Source of the DNA: Gemmatimonadota bacterium
GTDB lineage: Bacteria > Gemmatimonadota > Gemmatimonadetes > Palauibacterales > Palauibacteraceae
DNA length: 64,000 bases
NCBI GenBank assembly: GCA_039588275.1
Contig: JBDHAC010000009.1
Location: 25,883 to 89,882 of the forward strand
Reading direction: 5' to 3'
The notes under the pieces were generated by a model that saw only the letters and a program-made list of their open reading frames with translations, had not been told where the DNA came from and did no database searches. Shown piece after piece: positions 59,780 to 64,000 of this stretch; the first letter of the stretch is position 1, and every line of letters begins with the position of its first letter. Made by a program: the position numbers and the translations under genes.

Positions 59780-59989
59780 ATGGCCACCAACGAGCGCACG
59801 GGTGGTGGAGGAGGTGGCGGCGGGGCAGAACAACCGAAGGACCTGAGGCACCCGACGATCGACCGCCAGTGGCTGAAGACGGCGTTGGATGCACACCGGG
59901 TGGCGTTCGAGCAGGAGATGGCGCGAAAGCGCCAAGAGTTCGACCGAGAATTCGAACGCTTTTGGCGCGCCCGCGGGCCGTCCGCCTAA
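59780..59989 (+). CDS. Small hypothetical protein (69 aa, poly-Gly + charged helix)
   Basis: AGGGAG RBS at 59768-59773; own promoter; host-like codon pattern. Confidence 0.65.
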   Translation: MATNERTGGGGGGGGAEQPKDLRHPTIDRQWLKTALDAHRVAFEQEMARKRQEFDREFERFWRARGPSA

Positions 59990-60060
59990 CGACCGGAGAT
60001 CCATCGGGCGGGACAGCGCAGACGGAGTTCCTTCCGGTGTCGAGACGACACGCAGCCGCG

Positions 60061-61030
60061 TCAGGCTAACTCCAACCACATCCGTGTAACTGTCCTAGCG
60101 TAAAGTCCTTCCCCGGACACCTGTCCTTCTCCCAACCCCCAACACGGACGCCAGTCCGCTGACAATGTGTACCAAATGTGTACCACCCAGGAGTACATGG
60201 TCCCCCCCAACTTAGCCTCGCGCAGTTCGCTTTCGTCGCATACAACGCGGAGCAACGTCTGGTCGTCGGGCTGTTGATATGACCGGAGCAGATGCTGCTC
60301 GTTTTCCCAGCCCCCGGCTGCGGCAACGTCCTTGAGCGGAAGGTGCTTTCTGCGGGTTGCCCAGCCGCGCCGATACGCGTGCCATGCCGACCCGTCTTGT
60401 GTGTCCAACCCCGCCTTGATCTCCGCCTGACACAGCCACAGAGCCGCCTGACGGCGCGTACACGGCCGATCGGGCTCGGCCCCTGATGGGGGAACAGGGG
60501 TGCAGCCCCCAGCCCCGGCCTATCGCGTAGCACGCGGTCGATGGCAGCGCGGGCCTGTGGGTTCAGCGGTGCTTTGCGGCTCCGGTTCATCTTGTCGGTG
60601 CGGGCAGGCCATAGGATCGAGCCGTGCGGTCTGTCCGAGAGCCTGAGGTCCGCATACGTCAGCTGGCAGATGGCGGAGATTCGGCGCCCGGTGTGATGCT
60701 GGAGGTCGAGAAGTTCGGTCAGGTACGAGCGGCGCGCGTCGGTGCGTGACATCGGGATGGAGTCGGCGACCGCGCGCACGGCCTCGTATCGGTCTGTGCT
60801 GGCGACGGGACGGCGCGCGTCGGTGTATGACTCCGGCTTGAACCGGATGGGGTTTGTGTCCAACAAGTAGGAGCCCGGCGCGGTCGGCTTCGTGGTCGCC
60901 CAACGCATGACCTGGAGCAGCCATTTCTGATCGGCCTGTACGCTGCGCGGCCCGACGGCGCGCCGCTTGTCCGGCTTCACGCGCTCGCCATGCGAATCGA
61001 TCCCACCAAGGCCGCGAGAGCTGCTGGTCG
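60061..61030 (-). pseudogene. Tyrosine recombinase/integrase, frameshifted and 5'-truncated
   Basis: Frame 1: HTGRRISAI (catalytic R), TDKM (K); frame 2: WHAYRR (HxxR), GGW, LRSY (catalytic Y); frames join at a G5 run (60488-60492); no N-terminal arm-binding domain visible. Confidence 0.85.
60164..60185. repeat. Tandem 11-bp direct repeat AATGTGTACCA x2, probable integrase arm-type sites
   Basis: Exact repeat at 60164-60174 and 60175-60185, just past the conserved integrase C-terminus. Confidence 0.6.
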
Positions 61031-61052
61031 GTGAACGAAGGGGGCTTACACG

Positions 61053-61421
61053 ATGCCTGAATCGGCAGCCGATAGGTTCCGACACCTGTATTGCGAGTTC
61101 TTGGCTCACGTCATCGCGGACGAGGGCCTTGCAGTCGTGGAAGAGTTTACAGCTTGCCTGCCTGGGGATCGGGGCGGCGGCGTGACCTTCCGGTTCGGCG
61201 ACGGGAAAGAGGTCCGGATAGGGCTAGAACCCGCTGTCGGTCGGGCCAAGTTGTATCACGAGGGAGGTCACGATTGGCCAATGAACCTTCACGACGATTA
61301 TCGGTTGGGCGAGATGGGGGGGCAGGTGGGTGGCGAAGCGCCGCTGGTCTCCCATCGGTCGGCTAAAGAGGCTGCTGACTGGTTACTAGACCAGGTGAAG
61401 GGGAAACTTCAAATACCCTAG
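61053..61421 (+). CDS. Hypothetical protein
   Basis: 122-aa ATG ORF after a purine-rich stretch; no motif recognised. Confidence 0.4.
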   Translation: MPESAADRFRHLYCEFLAHVIADEGLAVVEEFTACLPGDRGGGVTFRFGDGKEVRIGLEPAVGRAKLYHEGGHDWPMNLHDDYRLGEMGGQVGGEAPLVSHRSAKEAADWLLDQVKGKLQIP

Positions 61422-61488
61422 CTAGGTGGTCCCCTCAACCAACCTGTCCAGCCGTTCCATGAGTGCGACAGAAACCTAGGATAGAACC

Positions 61489-62106
61489 ATGAACGAGGCA
61501 GCCCGTGTCCCACGGGGCGTCTTCTTGGCCGATCATATCAAAACTCTGAGGAACGACCCTCGCGCCCGGCTCAAAATTGCTCGTCAGCATCAGCCACTCC
61601 CCGGAGCCTTCCGCGAGGCTGCAATCGCCCTGCGCGCGCTCATTCGTGAGGCACGGAAGGCTGGCGAGGACGACGCCGCGCTACTCAGCGATCTCTACCT
61701 GACGGGCGCCCGCGACAGCTTCCTCCACTCCACGCCCCACATTCCTGGCTATGGGGTCGGCTACAACGTTGTCGAGACCATCCCAAGGGAGGTCTGGGAG
61801 TCCCTGGAGATGCCATATCCAAAGATTGGCTACACAGAGCTCCGGCTGCTCAACAAGACGGACCAGAAATGGCTAGTTGACGCTTGGGGTGAACCACGAT
61901 AGCACCAAAGTGCGCTGGCTCTCCACCGGGAGGTCTGGTCACACTATGAGGCAGCTTATCGCCAGCGCGAAGACGAGTCTCCGAGCCTGGCTGAGACGAC
62001 TGGCATGCCCGTCGAGGAGTGGGAGACCCGCATGAGAAGGGCATCCGAGGCAGTGAACCGGGAGACCTCTCGGAGGTCGTTGTGGAGCAGGCTACGGGGA
62101 GACTAG
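61489..62106 (+). pseudogene. Hypothetical protein interrupted by an in-frame TAG
   Basis: AGGA RBS; ORF stops at TAG 61900-61902 but the same frame stays open for 67 more codons (HQSALALHREVW...) to TAG 62104-62106. Confidence 0.55.
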
Positions 62107-62280
62107 CCATGCCGATCATACGTGGCCGATGTCAGATTTCCGCTGCACGTGGCATCCAAATAATGGGTGTTGGAACCCACTGCGGGAGGTCGCTGGGAGC
62201 CTGGCCACTGTGGGGCAGGTACGCGCAGTGGTCTGGATTCGGTGGCCTCCCGTGGTTTGCTACGGGAGGAGTAGATCCCG

Positions 62281-62790
62281 GTGACAACCATACAGACAGC
62301 CGCGGGACGCCTGATCGCACACGGGGAGACCCAGCGTCAAGCTGAGACTCGAGGGCTCTTGGTGGGTGCCCTGTTCAGTCTCACCAGGGCCCACGATGTT
62401 CGTCACCGCCTCGAGTTGGCCGAGTTCACGAGCGAACTGAATGCCGTTCTCGGTGCGATCCGAAACGGAGAAACCGAAGTCCCTGACCACTGGCTTGACG
62501 GCTTCTATCTCAACTCGGCCGTGCTGCGTCTGGCATTCACGGCGGAGCGGGCACTGAAGATCATCTCTGGGCAGGACCGCAACTTCAAGCGTCTGATTAA
62601 TGATGCTAGCCACAGGGACACCATCACTGAGGCCGAAGCGGCTGACCTGCACGAACTCCGTGAGGAAGTGAATCGGATCAAGCACGACCCCACCGACCTC
62701 AGCGAGCGAACGATGCGGACGGTGGACCGTGCGGAGGAGCTGGTTGAGATCGTGGAAGCACTCGTCGCAAAAGCAGGTCGGCAGGGGTGA
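62281..62790 (+). CDS. All-helical HEPN-like protein
   Basis: GGAGGAG RBS; AERALK motif and late R-EEV-NRIKH motif in HEPN-like spacing. Confidence 0.5.
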   Translation: MTTIQTAAGRLIAHGETQRQAETRGLLVGALFSLTRAHDVRHRLELAEFTSELNAVLGAIRNGETEVPDHWLDGFYLNSAVLRLAFTAERALKIISGQDRNFKRLINDASHRDTITEAEAADLHELREEVNRIKHDPTDLSERTMRTVDRAEELVEIVEALVAKAGRQG

Positions 62791-63889
62791 CACGCCAGCC
62801 GGCGCCAATTCTTCCAACGACCCCGCGGCGTTCCGCGTCGGCTTCCTCGCCCGCCTGGCCCATCACCTGAGCGATCCGGTGCCACGCGGCCAGCTTCTTT
62901 CGTTCTACCGCCTACCGCCGTCGGTCGGAAACAATCGACTGAGAAGGCCACGGCCAGGGCCTACCCACTCGTAACGTTAGTCGTTTCTAGCCGTGCGCCG
63001 GTTTCCATAACCGGCACACGGCTCCAGAAAGTCTCAACTGGTACGCGCCGTCCTGTAAGTCTCCAGGAGCACAGCGGGGAGTAAGGAGCTGTCTCTTAGA
63101 CTGAGATTGAGTGAGAGCCCGCCAGGATCAGCAGGAGGCCGATTTGAACGTGGGTCGGGAGAATCCCCCACAGCTCGTGTACACTTTCTCCCGACTTGTG
63201 CGCGGTAGAGAGCCCGAGGGAGTCTTACGGATCGGATTCTCAGAATGCTGGTCTAGGGTTGTGCCGGTCAGGGAATAGAATCCGTTTCTGAGGTGTTAGC
63301 GGTGCCCGCAGCACGAGCCGCCCGTCGAGTCCGACGGCTGGCCGGATCTCCCGATCAGTCACGTTCAACCTGCAGTTCTCCTCCAAACCCGCACCCCACG
63401 CATGAGCTTCTCCGGTGGAGGGCTACACCATGGCGACTCCACCGACTGCATACTCGAACGGATACCCCATCGAATCCGTGGCTGGCTCCGCCGCCGCTAG
63501 GGCGGGCTGGGCCGGATCGGCGACATGAACAATCGGAGCGAAGGGGGAGATTCGGGTAGCGGGGTCCCGCACGATGTGCCGGGACCTAATCCATAACGAA
63601 AAGCTGCCAGCTGGCGGCTCTTTGACGGAAACACCAGCTGGCAGCTACCGCAACACGACACCCACAACGGGGCACACGTGTTTGGCAACTCTAGCCTACG
63701 TGCTCGTGGCCGACAGGTTCCCACGTTGGCTCGGCGGCCGAGCGGAGTCGAGCCCGCTGCTGGGTGCTCACGGGGACGACCTTGGCGTCGGGCGGGGCGC
63801 TGGCCCAGCGGCTTCACCTGAGTGGGCGGGTCACCCTGAGAAGCTCACTGAGTCACACAACGTCATCCATTACAAACCTGGAGTACACA

Positions 63890-64000
63890 ATGCTCAGGCA
63901 CAGAGCCTTCGGAGTGACGCTGCTATTGGCGTTCTTCGCCTATGGGTGCAGCGAGGAACAGGGCGTCTCCGGACCCGATGCGCCCACCGACCTGGGGGCC
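63890..64000 (+). CDS. Lipoprotein N-terminus (partial, runs off the window)
   Basis: GGAG RBS; MLRHRAFGVTLLLAFFAYGC signal with lipobox. Confidence 0.6.
   Translation, partial: MLRHRAFGVTLLLAFFAYGCSEEQGVSGPDAPTDLGA

Larger units (their letters stand above)
60061..64000. mobile_element. Left end of a decayed integrative element/genomic island
   Basis: Integrase remnant, tandem arm-like repeats, visibly lower GC, orphan and pseudogenised ORFs; continues beyond the window; boundary approximate. Confidence 0.65.

Noticed and set aside
60020..60045. SRP RNA (CCGGAAGGAA on the minus strand)
   Set aside because: Flanking CAGG and GCAGC elements and the long helix are missing
59984..60066. Integron attC site (GCCTAAC ... 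GTCAGGC)
   Set aside because: Right end is GTC rather than GTT, no complementary L boxes, and the nearby integrase shows no IntI features I can recognise
63500..63590. c-di-GMP-I riboswitch (GGTAGCGGGGT)
   Set aside because: Upstream GCAAAC / GAAA / GACGCAAAGC elements are absent

Overview
High-GC bacterial chromosomal segment. The gene content and style suggest a Gemmatimonadota-like organism (inference only). About 50 CDSs are supported; I see no rRNA, tRNA or CRISPR array. Left to right: (1) cytochrome c lipoprotein, gdhA and an LVIVD-repeat protein; (2) a coupled 11.5-kb operon (4843-16408) with a Mo-hydroxylase (S-L-M), NCS1 nucleobase permease, malonate-CoA ligase, cyclase-family hydrolase, serine hydrolase, amidase and M20 hydrolase, which reads like oxidative pyrimidine (barbiturate) catabolism lacking the known barbiturase and ureidomalonase families; (3) an SSS transporter, lipoproteins, a PAS-GGDEF-EAL protein and an ECF sigma/anti-sigma pair; (4) a housekeeping run (M42 peptidase, DtxR/MntR, PHP, trxB, A-type Fe-S carrier, DHH x2, coaE, speB with an apparent CTG start); (5) an ABC exporter, ggt and an nth-like glycosylase; (6) a peptidoglycan recycling operon (murQ fused to a DinB-like domain, anmK, nagZ, SSS transporter, amidase); (7) class II RNR nrdJ bracketed by two sigma70 promoters, each with tandem NrdR boxes and DnaA-box arrays. 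nrdJ has a 330-nt leader with SD/anti-SD/anti-anti-SD switch architecture, and the second promoter drives an unknown 69-aa ORF; (8) from about 60.06 kb, the edge of a decayed, more AT-rich integrative island (frameshifted tyrosine integrase, arm-type repeats, amber-interrupted ORF, HEPN-like ORF). All calls come from motif reading by eye; no database searches or folding calculations were run. Many start codons were re-chosen using RBS position or stop/start overlap.
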